A DNA stretch of 63,815 nucleotides, the filler included, from Chrysochromulina tobinii (taxonomy: Eukaryota): the NCBI GenBank assembly GCA_001275005.1. It is 8 parts of 8 records of this genome, joined end to end, with 100 filler letters (N's around TTAATTAATTAA, not from the genome) between each part and the next. Parts side by side here need not be neighbours in the genome. Positions count along the whole stretch, not along the records: positions 1 to 13,771 come from JWZX01000771.1; 7 more parts are not named here. The stretch is one strand, 5' to 3'. A model generated the notes under the pieces. That model searched no databases. It had not been told where the DNA came from and saw nothing but the letters and a program-made list of their open reading frames with translations. Position 1 is the stretch's first letter; each line of letters opens with the position of its first letter. The translations under genes and the position numbers were made by a program. Positions 1 through 10,430 of the stretch are shown here, in pieces.

Positions 1-2556
1 TCGGCACTCATGTTGGCAAAGGCGGCCTGCTCGCGGGGGCGTTAAGGCGGGGGGGGATAAGGCAGGGGGGGCGGTAAGGCGGGGGTGGCGGTAAGGCGGG
101 GATGGCGGTAAGGCGGGGGAGGCGGTAAGGCGGGGGGGCGGTAAGGCGGCTCGGGGCTGGTGGTCCGACGAGTACAGACAATCCATCAGAGGGGCATCAA
201 AGGCCATGAGAGGCCCATCAGAGGTGCATCAAATGCCCATTAGGAGGCAATCAGAGGTGCATCAAATGCCCATTAGAAACAATCAGAGGTGCATCAAAGG
301 CCATGAGAGGCCCATCAGAGGTGCATCAAATGCCCATTAGGAGGCAATCAGAGGGGCATCAAATGCCCATTAGGAGGCAATCAGAGGTGCATCAAATGCC
401 CATTAGGAGGCAATCAGAGGTGCATCAAATGCCCATAAGGAGGCAATCAGAGGTGCTCGCCTGCTCCGTCTCGCTCATGCTCTCGAACAGCTTGCGCTGC
501 GCCGCGGGCAGCGCCGCCGCGAGCGCCGCCGCTTCTTCGGGATCCAGAGGTTCGAAACCTTGCTGGTCGCCGCCGCCCTTGCCGCCGCCCTTGCCGCCCT
601 TGCCGCCCTTCTTGCCGCCTGGACTGTTCTTGCCACCGCCGGGACTGTCCTTGTCTCCAAACCCGCCGCCACCGCCGCGCGCACCGGGCGTCAGGGGCCC
701 CCCAGTGATCCCGCACATGAGGGCATTCACCTCCTGCTCGGTCGCCTTGAGCTGTGCCTCCGCCTCCATCTTCTCCTCGGCCATCTGACGCATCGCCGCA
801 TCCTTCTCCTCAAGCATACGCTTCATGTTCTCCATTTGGGCAGCGAGTAAGTCTATGCCGCTCTGTCCCTTGCCCTTCTTCTTCTTGCCATCGGGGCCGA
901 CGCCGAGAAGCTCCTGCGCCTCGGCTTCGGCCATCCCCGCCTCGAAGGCGTCGGCCACCTGCCGTCATGGGTCATCAGGGGTCATCAGGGGTCATCAGGG
1001 GTCATCAGGGGTCATCAGGGGCCATCAGGGGCCATCAGCGATCCTCAATCGTCATCAGTGGCCATCAGTGGCCATCAGTGGCTACCAAAGGCATCGCACC
1101 TGGCCCTTGAGCAGATCGCATTCTCGCTCGAGCTCCTTTACGCGCAGATCTGCGGTCGCGAGCTTGCGCCCGTGGATTGCCCGCAGCATCTTGAGGCGCA
1201 CCTGATGAGGGAGGCAATCATGTGTCATCAATCATCAATAGTCAACAGTGGATCGCTCGCAGCATCTTGAGGCGCACCATGCCCGCCCGGAGGGCATCCA
1301 GTTTCGCCTGGGCGCTCTCCACCTCGGCCTGCAAGCCCTTCGCACGCGCCGCCTCTGAGTCCGCTCTCGTCGCGCAAGCTCGTAGCTCCTCGGTCGTCTT
1401 GCGTAGCTCCATGCGTACCTCCTTCTCGGTGCGCACGCACAGCTGCGTAAACTTGCGTAGGCGCTGCAGCAGCTCGCCGCGCTCGGCGCAGTGGTTGGCG
1501 ACCTGGAGGACGGCCTCGGCAAACGTGGTGTCGTGCACCTGACACAGATGGTCCCAGCCACCCTGCTGCTGCGCGAGGAGAGAGTCGAGTAGCTCCCCCA
1601 AACGTACCTGTAGGGGAGGGCCGATCGGGGCCAGTCAGCGCACAGCAGTGGCACTCCGCGCAGCACTCCGCGCAGCACTCGGCACTCACCGCCTCGGATC
1701 GTGTCGAGGGGACATGGGCGGGTACGGTGCGCCCTCCTCCCGCCCGGCTGCTCGACTGGCTGGCGAGGCTCATCGGCGGCGGCGGCAGCGTCGTCGCACT
1801 CAGCAGCTGCTGCTGACGCAGGGCAAACTCATCCGCTAGGGCCACGCCTGTCGGCCTGCTTGCCACAGTACCCGCGCCCGACATGGCGCCCGTTGGAGCT
1901 GCAACCGCCCACGAGACGCCGCCGCCCGCGCCATCGCCGCTGGTGCCGGGTCGGCGTGTCCGGGAGACGCGCAGCCCTTCGACGTCGGCCATCGTGTACG
2001 GCGCGGTCGGAATCTCGCCCAGTGTCCGTCGCAACGCATCCTCGCGCTGCTCTGCAAAGCTCCGCAGCGGCAGACGCTCGCGATGCATGGCGGTCACGGC
2101 GCGCTCGAGCAAGCCGTCGACCATCGAGAGCGGAGCGCGCGGCGAGTTCTTGAGTATGGGGCTCGACTTGGACGATTGCAGCGGCTGCCCCGTCCGCGGC
2201 AATTCGATGGCCAACGGGAGCGGGGTCGGGCTTGCGGTGAGCGAGCGCGATGCAAGCGAGCGAGAGTCGAGTTCGGACGCCGCGTCCACGAGCTCGATGA
2301 CGCCCTCGCGTGCGAGCTCGCGGTGCAGGCGCAGCAGGGGCTTGAGCTGGACGGCGGACGACTTCAGCAACGAGTCCGAGGCCGACGTGCCTGTGCGCGC
2401 CGGGTCGGTAACGCCGACGACCGCGCCGGTGTCGGGGCGCCCCTGGCCAATAATGCGGGCGGGCGGGAGGCGCTTGGCGCTCGAGGTGAGTCCCAAGGCC
2501 GCAGACTCGCGCCGCGTCGCTTCCTCGAGCTTGGCGCGCGTCGCCGCCAGCGTCAT
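1..2556 (-). CDS. Axonemal dynein light chain (p28-like) domain coiled-coil protein, 3'-partial. Exons 2556-1690, 1607-1278, 1201-1100, 958-461, 26-<1
   Basis: Spliced protein reads PSTRSEA|VRLGELLD...VHDTTFAEAVLQVANHCAERGELLQRLR, like the p28 motif (PATRxDV..L..ELD; FDELIRQVT..CAERG.LL.R.R). Introns 1608-1689 (GTGAGT..TACAG), 1202-1277, 959-1099 and 27-460 (GC donor) all keep frame. Start codon uncertain (ORF open to 2670). Confidence 0.75.
38..149. repeat. Intronic G-rich tandem array, ~17-nt unit GGCGGTAAGGCGGGG.., ~6-7 copies
   Basis: Directly visible; lies in predicted intron 27-460. Confidence 0.9.
185..455. repeat. Intronic minisatellite, ~33-nt unit ATCAGAGGTGCATCAAATGCCCATTAGGAGGCA, ~8 degenerate copies
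   Basis: Directly visible; it produces the spurious HQMPIRRQSEV repeat ORF. Confidence 0.9.
965..1082. repeat. Intronic 10-nt tandem array (GGGTCATCAG / GTGGCCATCA variants)
   Basis: Directly visible inside GT-AG intron 959-1099. Confidence 0.9.
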
Positions 2557-2694
2557 CGGCGGCGTGCCAATGCTGGTGAAGCCACAAGCGCACGTCGAGC
2601 GCTCCTTCGAGGTGCGTCGCAAAGTATGATTTGAAACTGTCTGGAAGCATTTGATGAGGGGATTCATCAAGTTCCTGTGGGAAAATTTGCTACG

Positions 2695-4089
2695 CTACGA
2701 TCCTTTCCTAACCAAAGGCACCGGAGCGCGTCGAGTCCACACCGAGAGCCATCCGAGCGGCGGCTCGTCGAATGGTTGGCGGCGGTATGCGTCCGTCCAC
2801 TCGAATCGGAACGCTTCGAGGCGCTCGAGCCGCAGCTCCGTCCCGTCAAAGGCCGCCTGCACCTCTGCGCGCGTGAGGCGCTCCGGCCCCCTCTCGACGG
2901 GCTCGTCCGCATTGCCCGTCAGCATCAATAGCGTGCCGCCCGGTCGCAGGAGGGATTCATAAGCGAGCGCCGCGGCAACTCGGTCCACCTTTCGAACGCA
3001 ATGGAATGTTTGCACATCGAGTGCGAAGTCAAAGGCCATGCCACCGCCGTCCGAGGGCGCAATCTCAACGGGCATACCGCCGCCGCCTCCGTCGCAGCGC
3101 TTCGTCAACTTCGTCGATTCCCGTGCCGTCGTGCCGATTCCCTTGCCGTATGCGCCCACGACAGCGCGCATGGAGAGGATGTCGGCAACGACCGCGTGGG
3201 CGTTCGTCAACTTGGCGAGAGAGAGAGCGGCGTTCGTGGCGGTCACCGCGGCCGCGACGACGTCGATCCCGAGCGCGAAGGCCGAGGCACGGGCGAGTGC
3301 GCACAGGTTCTCGCCAGTACCGCATCCGAGCTCGACGCAACGCGCCGTCGTGGGCAGTCGCCCTTGATGAATCCATGTGAGCAGCTCGGGTGTGGCGGAC
3401 TTGGAGCGCCACGGCAGCGCTTCAATCGGTGGGGGCCTGTCGGGGACCGACTCCAAGTGTGGCCGAAAGAGGCCCGAGTAGAAGGCCTCCCACTTGCCGC
3501 GCCGCTGCCAAGTCTGATCCTCTGGTCCGGGCATACGAACACTCTCCGGATCGGGCTCGTCGCCCAGCAGGCCGTGGCGCTGCGCGAAGCAGCAGAGCTG
3601 AGTGCGGAAGCTCTCGTTTTCGAGCACGACGCCGCGGGCGAGCTTGCAGCGTCGAACGGCCTCAACGATGGGCAGCCGCTCGTGCAACATCAACATCGCC
3701 GTGGCGAGCAAGCCGCTCCTGTCGATGCCATCATGACAGTGAATCAGGCAGCGGCCACCGGCGTCACGCGCCCCAGAGACGTACTCGGAGGCCGCTTCCA
3801 CGTGCGGCAGCAAGTCGTCACCGGCCGGATCGAGGGCTGCAATGTGGTGGTAGACGATGCCCGCCGCCTCGAGCTGCTCTTTGGAAAGGCTCGAATCCGT
3901 GGCCAAGCAGAGCACGTGAGTCACCGCGTTCTGCCGCAGCGCAGCCAGGTCGTGCGCGCTCTCCTTGTCGCCAAGGAGCAGATGCGGCAGAATGCAGACC
4001 GGAAGAGGAGGTGGCCGAATATCCCACTGGGTGATGCGCTCGAGAGCAACCAGCCATGGCTCCATGGCCTGGATGGTGCACACATTCAT
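2695..4089 (-). CDS. Dual-specificity protein phosphatase fused to a class I SAM-dependent methyltransferase
   Basis: DUSP: ILPHLLLGD..AHDLAALRQNAVTHVL, CLIHCHDGIDRSG, N.SFRTQL. MTase: VELGCGTG, GIDV, FDFALDVQTFHC, LLRPGG. One ORF; exact ATG uncertain (4089 or next Met). Confidence 0.85.
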   Translation of the reverse strand: MNVCTIQAMEPWLVALERITQWDIRPPPLPVCILPHLLLGDKESAHDLAALRQNAVTHVLCLATDSSLSKEQLEAAGIVYHHIAALDPAGDDLLPHVEAASEYVSGARDAGGRCLIHCHDGIDRSGLLATAMLMLHERLPIVEAVRRCKLARGVVLENESFRTQLCCFAQRHGLLGDEPDPESVRMPGPEDQTWQRRGKWEAFYSGLFRPHLESVPDRPPPIEALPWRSKSATPELLTWIHQGRLPTTARCVELGCGTGENLCALARASAFALGIDVVAAAVTATNAALSLAKLTNAHAVVADILSMRAVVGAYGKGIGTTARESTKLTKRCDGGGGGMPVEIAPSDGGGMAFDFALDVQTFHCVRKVDRVAAALAYESLLRPGGTLLMLTGNADEPVERGPERLTRAEVQAAFDGTELRLERLEAFRFEWTDAYRRQPFDEPPLGWLSVWTRRAPVPLVRKGS

Positions 4090-4273
4090 GTCGTGGGACA
4101 GGTACAAGTATGAAGGTCCATCCCCCCCGCACCCCAACTCCTGCGTTATGGGCGGCGCCGAGGGACACGGAGTGTTTTATTGCTAGTCACCGCCCTTACC
4201 ACTCTCGACAACTCTGAAGTTTCCTGACTTCTGGTTCGTCGATCCGTCCCGCACTTGTGTCGGCCGCACCACG

Positions 4274-5332
4274 ATGGAGTCCCCTTTCGATCGCCTGGCC
4301 GCCGACGAGATCCACCAGATCCTGACGCTAACTGGCATGACGGGGCTTTGCGTCGTCCTGCCACGCGTGTCGAAGGAGATGAAAGCCCATGCCGCCGCCG
4401 CGCTCAGCAGCATGGAGCACATTGACATTTCACCATACGAGTATTTTTCGCATCCTAGCCGCCCGGCTCATTTCACCACCCGGTCGGCGGTGAAACGCCG
4501 CTGTGTGCCAGCCTCTCAGATCCCGTTTTTCACCTTCGATGAGGACAACTTGTGGGCCACTAACCCATGGAGTCATGGTGGAATGGGCTACTCGAAGGAC
4601 GCTATCGAAGCAGCCGCGAAGATGACCGTGTTTGTGGACAACTTCAAGCTGGTCCTGTCAAAGACAACGGCACTGAAATCGATGTTCCTAGTGGCGACTT
4701 TCTTTTTTCCGATGGACGATTACGGGAGCGAGACAGTGCCTCTCCCTGCCTTCTCGCTTGCAACTGTTGCCTCTACTCTGCGAACGCTCTCGGTCCGCGT
4801 CAAGCCCTCATCGCAGACACTGCTCGACATTGTCTCATCTTGCCCGGGGCTGGAGGAGCTCTCGTGGAGACTCCTGGGGGGACATGACCGACATGACCAG
4901 CACGAATGCGAGTACTCGCATCTGGTCCTGAATAAATCTATGGTTGCCGCACTCAAACACGCGAAGACGGCTTGTCCAAACCTCACCAAGCTCCCCATGT
5001 TGGAGGCTTGCCTATCTGGTCCTGACGGGTGGCAAACTTGGAGGCGCAGCTCAATCGAGGAAGTGCGCGCCTTCTTTGCTTTGCTCCGGTCGTGGCCGAA
5101 CCTCGAGTACGCCGCCATCGACCTGGTGTACTCGGAGAAGGTCATCACCGAAGCCAAAGCCTTTGCCGGCGCACCGGGAGATTTCAAGGGGATTCTTTAC
5201 ATCCTGGTGATGGACATCGACAACAAGGATTTCGCTAAGAACAAGTTCACTCAGGACGAGGACGGGCGAAATTTTTTCGATCTGGTCAACGAGCCGCAGC
5301 TCAAGGTGCGCGTCGAGCCGATGTACATTTGA
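4274..5332 (+). CDS. F-box-like protein with LRR-like C-terminal region
   Basis: N-terminal PFDRLAADEIHQIL...LPRVSKEM resembles an F-box; CPGLEELS, CPNLTKLP, WPNLEYAAI resemble FBXL-type LRRs. Confidence 0.6.
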   Translation: MESPFDRLAADEIHQILTLTGMTGLCVVLPRVSKEMKAHAAAALSSMEHIDISPYEYFSHPSRPAHFTTRSAVKRRCVPASQIPFFTFDEDNLWATNPWSHGGMGYSKDAIEAAAKMTVFVDNFKLVLSKTTALKSMFLVATFFFPMDDYGSETVPLPAFSLATVASTLRTLSVRVKPSSQTLLDIVSSCPGLEELSWRLLGGHDRHDQHECEYSHLVLNKSMVAALKHAKTACPNLTKLPMLEACLSGPDGWQTWRRSSIEEVRAFFALLRSWPNLEYAAIDLVYSEKVITEAKAFAGAPGDFKGILYILVMDIDNKDFAKNKFTQDEDGRNFFDLVNEPQLKVRVEPMYI

Positions 5333-5860
5333 ACGAGACCGGTACAGAGAACTCACTGTACTGACAACGCTCATCACGTGGACGCGGTAGTCCCAAGGTA
5401 CCAGTACCCATCACACGACCCCTCAAGGGTCACGAGTCAGGGCGAGGACGGGTGCCGGACCTGCCTGAGGACTGGCGGCGTGTCGCATCTCCGTCTGAGA
5501 GTGGGGATGCAGGCCAGCCTGAGGACCGACGCATCCCCGTCTCAGGATTACGCTGCGCCGGCATCGTGGTCGATTCGACGTCCTCGGTGGATGAAGAATG
5601 ATCTTTGAAGAACGTGTTTCTTGTGAATTTTTCTGACACCCGGGGGCGGCGAGCATCACCAAACACTGTCACCCATCAGTCGAGAACGATCAGGGAGAGA
5701 CACCACATAATATAACAGAGAGAGGCACTGGCTTGTTGCTAGCGCTACATGTAGATGTACCACTCCGTAGTCTTGAGACTCTCGATTTACGAAGCATATG
5801 AGACGAGATAAAATAACTTTAATTGCTGCGCTATTGCATGCTTCCATCGGTTCCGTTCCA

Positions 5861-8800
5861 ATGCGGCACGACAAGCGCCCCAAGCTGCTCTCGCAGCCCA
5901 TGGCGCTCTCGCAAGCGCTCTCGAGACCTTGGGTGCAGACCAGGGTGCTGCGCCGCGATCAGGGCATTGCCACGTGCCTGGGCGAGTTCTGGTCAACCGC
6001 GCTGCGCTGTGCGCCCAAGGAACCACCGCCCACGCAGCCGCCGCCCAAGTCCTCCGCAGGCATGCTTCCTAGTCTAGGCGTCCACAGCAGGAGCGGCTCG
6101 AGGAGCGGCCTTGGCCAGAGCAAGAGCTTGCGGTGGGGCTCCGCCGACGCCGCGGCCGAGACGGGCCTGTGCCGTGAGGGCTACGAGCTGCTCCATGGCA
6201 GGCTGTTGACGGTCCTCGCGTCCGATCCGCGTGGCGCCGAATGCGTCGCCGCGCACAGCTGGGACGCCGAGCACCCCAGTCCCATGCCGTACATGTCGCG
6301 CGAGCGCTTCCTCGACGTCCTCTTCGAGCTTGCTACGGAGCTCGTGCCGGTAACGACGGGTACATCGGCCACAATGGCTGACGAATACATCGACTGGCTA
6401 CTGACGCTCTTCGGGAAGGTGGCCGTGCAGGCGCCCATGACCGAGACGCACAAGGGTACCACCGTCGTTGGTCTCTTCTGGAAGTGGCGTCCCGAAGTGA
6501 AGCCTGCACCAGAGTTTGTACCGGGCTACGTACCGCCTGCCGCCGTGGATGGCGGCGACGACTCTGTTGATGGCAGCGGCAGCAGCGGCGGCGGCGGCGG
6601 TGGCGGCGGCGGCGGCGGGCGGCGCAAGAGCAAGGAAAGTGCTGTCGGCAGTTTCGACCAGGTAGCCGAAGAAGCGGCCGAGGAGACGGCTGAGGAGGAG
6701 CAGGAGGAGGAGACGGCTGAGCAGGAGGAGGCCGCGCTTGAACAAAACGAAGCAGCGACCGTCTTGCAATCACGTGCACGCGCTGCGCACGCCCAAAAGG
6801 AAGTCGCCCTCGAACGCGAGCGTGTGCGCGAGCGTCGGTCGGTGATGCCACCGTCGTCTCCAGTCATGACGCCCCCAGACATGACGCCCCCAGTCATGAT
6901 GCAAGAGGGCACGTGGATGGGCTCGGAGGGGATGGGCTCGGAGGGGAACCCCACGTCGGAAGTGGGCGCGGCGGCTGCCGAGGTTCAGGCTGTCAGGACG
7001 CCGGCTGCCGCGGAGGTGGCTGTCAAGGAGCGCATCGCCGAGCTCGATCGCAAGGCGGCGACGGGCAGCCTATCGCAGGTCGAGCGGCGCGAGCGCAGGG
7101 CGTCACAAGACATGCTCGCCAGCCTAACCCAGGCACAGCAGGAGGCGTCACAAGACATGCTCGCCAGCCTATTCCAGGCAGAGCAGGAGGCGTCACGAGA
7201 TATGCTCGCCAGCCTAACCCAGGCAGAGCAAGAGGCGTCACAAGACACTTTCGCCGCTCTCGACGCCGTCCAAGCTGCCTCCCGCCCGAACCCGAACCCG
7301 AACCCTCACGCCGCTCTCGAGGCCGTCCAAGCTGCCACCCGGGGCCGTCTAGCCCGGCGCGCGCTGCCCTCGCTCAAGAAGACTTTCCTTCGTGAGCGAG
7401 CGCGCCTCAAGGGCAGCAACATGAGCGCTCTGATCGAGCTAGTCCTCGAAGACCAACGCGACCAGCTCAAGCAAGAAGGCGCGTCCCGGCACACACTGAC
7501 CTTCGGACTACACGACGCCGGCCTGCTGGCCCGCGCCGACACAGCCGACGGCAATGCCGACGGCCAGGGCTTGGCAGAGGGCGGTGGCGCCATGGGCGGC
7601 GGCGCGGCTGCTGAGGCCCAGGCTGTCGAGGTACGAATCTCCGATCTCGAGCAGCGGCAGGCGGCAGGCGAGCTGAGTGAGGCGGAGAGGGCAGAGCTCG
7701 CAGCCAGCGAGGCGAACTTGAGATTGCTCCTCGAGAGGGACGCGGCCAAGGCGGAGGCGGAGGCGGTCCAATCTCGCGTGGCCGAGCTCACGCACAAGCA
7801 GGCAGCGGGCGAGCTGAGAGTTGCCGAGAAGGCAGAGCTCAACTCTTCCGAGCCGAAGCTCGCAGCTCTCGAGGCGACGGCGGCGGTGGGCACGAATGGT
7901 GGCCACGCACGAGGGCCGCCCCCAGTCGCCGTCTCGCACGCTGTGGGTGAGCGCAGCCGCCACCTTGGCGGCTACGGTGGCAAGCAGCTCCACGGCGGCG
8001 ACGCCGGCTCCTTTTCCAACGGCTCCGACTCGCCGCTGGAGGCTGGGTACGATCTCAGCCCGGGGGTTCGGCGGCCCGGGGCGCCCTTCCTGCCGTGGGC
8101 GCGTGCGCACAGCCCCACGCGTTCTACCGCGCCGCAGCCGCATCAGCCGGCGGCGACGGCGGCGCAGCCCAATGCCTGCATTCGCACAGCCGCGACGAGT
8201 GGGCCAGCCTACGCGCCGCACGTGCCGCCGGCATACCCGCGGCCGCTTCTGCAACCGCACGCGACGACCGATGGGAGCGTCTCGTGGTTCGACGTCGGTC
8301 CAAGATTGGAACAGATGCGCTCCAATAGCATGCCTCTCAATAGCATGCCTCTCAATAGCATGCCTCTCAATAGCAGCATGCCTCGTGCGAGTAGCCTCAC
8401 GTTGATCCCTGGCGCGCATGCACGTGACGATCGCGTACTCATCATGCACCGCGACGGGTGCGGCACTGGCATGGGCAGCGGCACCGGCATGAGCGGTGGT
8501 GCTGGCATGGGTGGCAACACGGGATCAGAGAGCGGTGGCGGCATGGGTGGCGTCGACCGTTTGACGAGTGCGAGCGGCGGCGTGTACAGCCTCGGCGCCT
8601 TCCCCCGCCTTGGCCTAGCGAGCCGTGGCCTCCAGCGAGGCGAGGCGGCCGTACCATTCACATTCACAGGCCTGGCGAGCCGTGGCCTCCAGCGAGGCGA
8701 GGCGGCCGTACAATTCTCGCCGAAGCCGAGCCCGCCGCCTCTCACATCTCTCAGTTCATCCATCGGCGGGGGCGCGGAGACCGTCTCGATTGCCGCCATC

Positions 8801-10177
8801 CAGAAGGCGCTTGCCAAGGTAGCCTCCGCTGAGCAGGAGGCCTCGCCAGTGGCCGCCTCGCCCTCGCCGATCCTGTATGCGCCGCCGCCCTCGCCGCAGC
8901 AGTCACAGCGACGCTCGTCCCATCGGCGCTCGTCACAAATGGGCATCTCGCACCCACCCTCGGGGCCCAGGCAGCGGGAGAGTCACCAACGGCCATTCTC
9001 CGAAGTGGACGCTCGGCCGTTGACGCACCACGCGGCGCTAGAGGCTTCGAGGGCTTTTGCTTCCCGGGATGGAATTGGTGGCGTCAGCGTTCGCGGCGGC
9101 GTCCGTGCACGCGATGGCGCCAGTCGTGCCGTCTTGCAGCTTCCCTCTCAGTCGCTACAGCTGCCAGTGCCGGTGCTGCCGGGTGAGCTGCTGCCGCTGC
9201 CATCGCCTGGCAGTGGGAATGCGGAGCAGCAGTTGCGTCAACTCACCGAGCCCTTTCGGGGCGTTGCCGCCGCCGATGCGCTTCTCCTCAAGCCCTGGCC
9301 GTTACCCCCGATGCCCGCAGAGGGCATCAGCCACGCGCCACTTGCCCAAGTCGGCGGTGCGTCTGCTCCGTCTTCGCCACTACCACTCAAGACGAGCTTC
9401 AGCGCCGCCACGCTATCGCAGGAGGGTGTGGTAGTCATCCGCGTTCCAGCGCACGGCGGCTCCATGATGAGTGCCGCCATTGTTGTCAACGAGGGCGTGG
9501 CCACCTTTTTGAAGGGGGGATGGGTGGTCGCGCCGATCCCGCCTATCCAGAACGCCGCTGTGTCGCCGATGGCACATCCCCAGCTCTCCTTGCACGCGCT
9601 GCGGCGGCAAGCTCGAGACGAGCCGCCACCGGCGCACTTGCTCAGATGCGGCAGCGGGAAGCAGTGCATCCCACCTGGCGGCTGTGGGAAGCAGGGCAGC
9701 CCACCTGGCGGCTGTGGGAAGCAGGGCAGCCCACCTGGCGGCAGTGACCCCGCTGCCCAGCGGATGCGCCGACAGATCGAGCACGCTGGGGGTGGCGCTG
9801 CTGCTAAGTCGCCACTCGTCTCGCCCTCGTCGCCGCCTCGAGGTCAAACGAGCTTTGGCGCTGCCACCCTTTCGAAGGAGGGGTTCGTGCCCGAGCCCGT
9901 GCAAGCGCAAGGAGCCTCCGCGGCACGCGCCGCTACCTCTTCGAATGAGTTTGGGTCGGCCGTCGCGCCGTCTGAAAGTTATGATACGCCGTCTAATGCG
10001 CAGGGTACCTCCGCGACCGTTGCTCTGAGGGTGTCGCCGTCGACGCCATGGTCGACGCCCCGGCGTTCTGTCGAGACCCAGCCCGACGAACCCTCGGAGC
10101 AGATCACACCCTGGGAGCGCCGAGAGGTTCACACCCCGGGCATCTCGACCAGGGCCACGGCCAGAGCGGGGTCGTAG
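5861..10177 (+). CDS. Large low-complexity protein with an N-terminal helical/EF-hand-like domain and two IQ-like motifs
   Basis: 4.3-kb open frame. IQ-like AATVLQSRARAAHAQK and AVQAATRGRLARR; many internal tandem duplications. Start and possible in-frame introns uncertain. Confidence 0.55.
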   Translation: MRHDKRPKLLSQPMALSQALSRPWVQTRVLRRDQGIATCLGEFWSTALRCAPKEPPPTQPPPKSSAGMLPSLGVHSRSGSRSGLGQSKSLRWGSADAAAETGLCREGYELLHGRLLTVLASDPRGAECVAAHSWDAEHPSPMPYMSRERFLDVLFELATELVPVTTGTSATMADEYIDWLLTLFGKVAVQAPMTETHKGTTVVGLFWKWRPEVKPAPEFVPGYVPPAAVDGGDDSVDGSGSSGGGGGGGGGGGRRKSKESAVGSFDQVAEEAAEETAEEEQEEETAEQEEAALEQNEAATVLQSRARAAHAQKEVALERERVRERRSVMPPSSPVMTPPDMTPPVMMQEGTWMGSEGMGSEGNPTSEVGAAAAEVQAVRTPAAAEVAVKERIAELDRKAATGSLSQVERRERRASQDMLASLTQAQQEASQDMLASLFQAEQEASRDMLASLTQAEQEASQDTFAALDAVQAASRPNPNPNPHAALEAVQAATRGRLARRALPSLKKTFLRERARLKGSNMSALIELVLEDQRDQLKQEGASRHTLTFGLHDAGLLARADTADGNADGQGLAEGGGAMGGGAAAEAQAVEVRISDLEQRQAAGELSEAERAELAASEANLRLLLERDAAKAEAEAVQSRVAELTHKQAAGELRVAEKAELNSSEPKLAALEATAAVGTNGGHARGPPPVAVSHAVGERSRHLGGYGGKQLHGGDAGSFSNGSDSPLEAGYDLSPGVRRPGAPFLPWARAHSPTRSTAPQPHQPAATAAQPNACIRTAATSGPAYAPHVPPAYPRPLLQPHATTDGSVSWFDVGPRLEQMRSNSMPLNSMPLNSMPLNSSMPRASSLTLIPGAHARDDRVLIMHRDGCGTGMGSGTGMSGGAGMGGNTGSESGGGMGGVDRLTSASGGVYSLGAFPRLGLASRGLQRGEAAVPFTFTGLASRGLQRGEAAVQFSPKPSPPPLTSLSSSIGGGAETVSIAAIQKALAKVASAEQEASPVAASPSPILYAPPPSPQQSQRRSSHRRSSQMGISHPPSGPRQRESHQRPFSEVDARPLTHHAALEASRAFASRDGIGGVSVRGGVRARDGASRAVLQLPSQSLQLPVPVLPGELLPLPSPGSGNAEQQLRQLTEPFRGVAAADALLLKPWPLPPMPAEGISHAPLAQVGGASAPSSPLPLKTSFSAATLSQEGVVVIRVPAHGGSMMSAAIVVNEGVATFLKGGWVVAPIPPIQNAAVSPMAHPQLSLHALRRQARDEPPPAHLLRCGSGKQCIPPGGCGKQGSPPGGCGKQGSPPGGSDPAAQRMRRQIEHAGGGAAAKSPLVSPSSPPRGQTSFGAATLSKEGFVPEPVQAQGASAARAATSSNEFGSAVAPSESYDTPSNAQGTSATVALRVSPSTPWSTPRRSVETQPDEPSEQITPWERREVHTPGISTRATARAGS

Positions 10178-10430
10178 CGGAGCCTGGGAATACGTGTGAC
10201 CGGAGCAAATTTTTAGTGAAACCAACTTACTTTTACTCAAACGTGGATGAGGGATTGAGACAAGGCGCGGCCACGCTCGATCGCTGTCTCGTCACTGGCT
10301 GCACACGCGACAAAATGCTGCCCTCTTCCATCCATGTCCACATCCCGTTCGCTCCAGTCGCCCAATGTATCTGCAATCATCATCCAATTGTCGCGGTCGG
10401 TCGGGTCGCACCACCTCACCCCTCCCTGTA

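Noticed and set aside
185..455. ~33-nt periodic repeat as a CRISPR array
   Set aside because: No unique spacers, no cas genes, eukaryotic intron context
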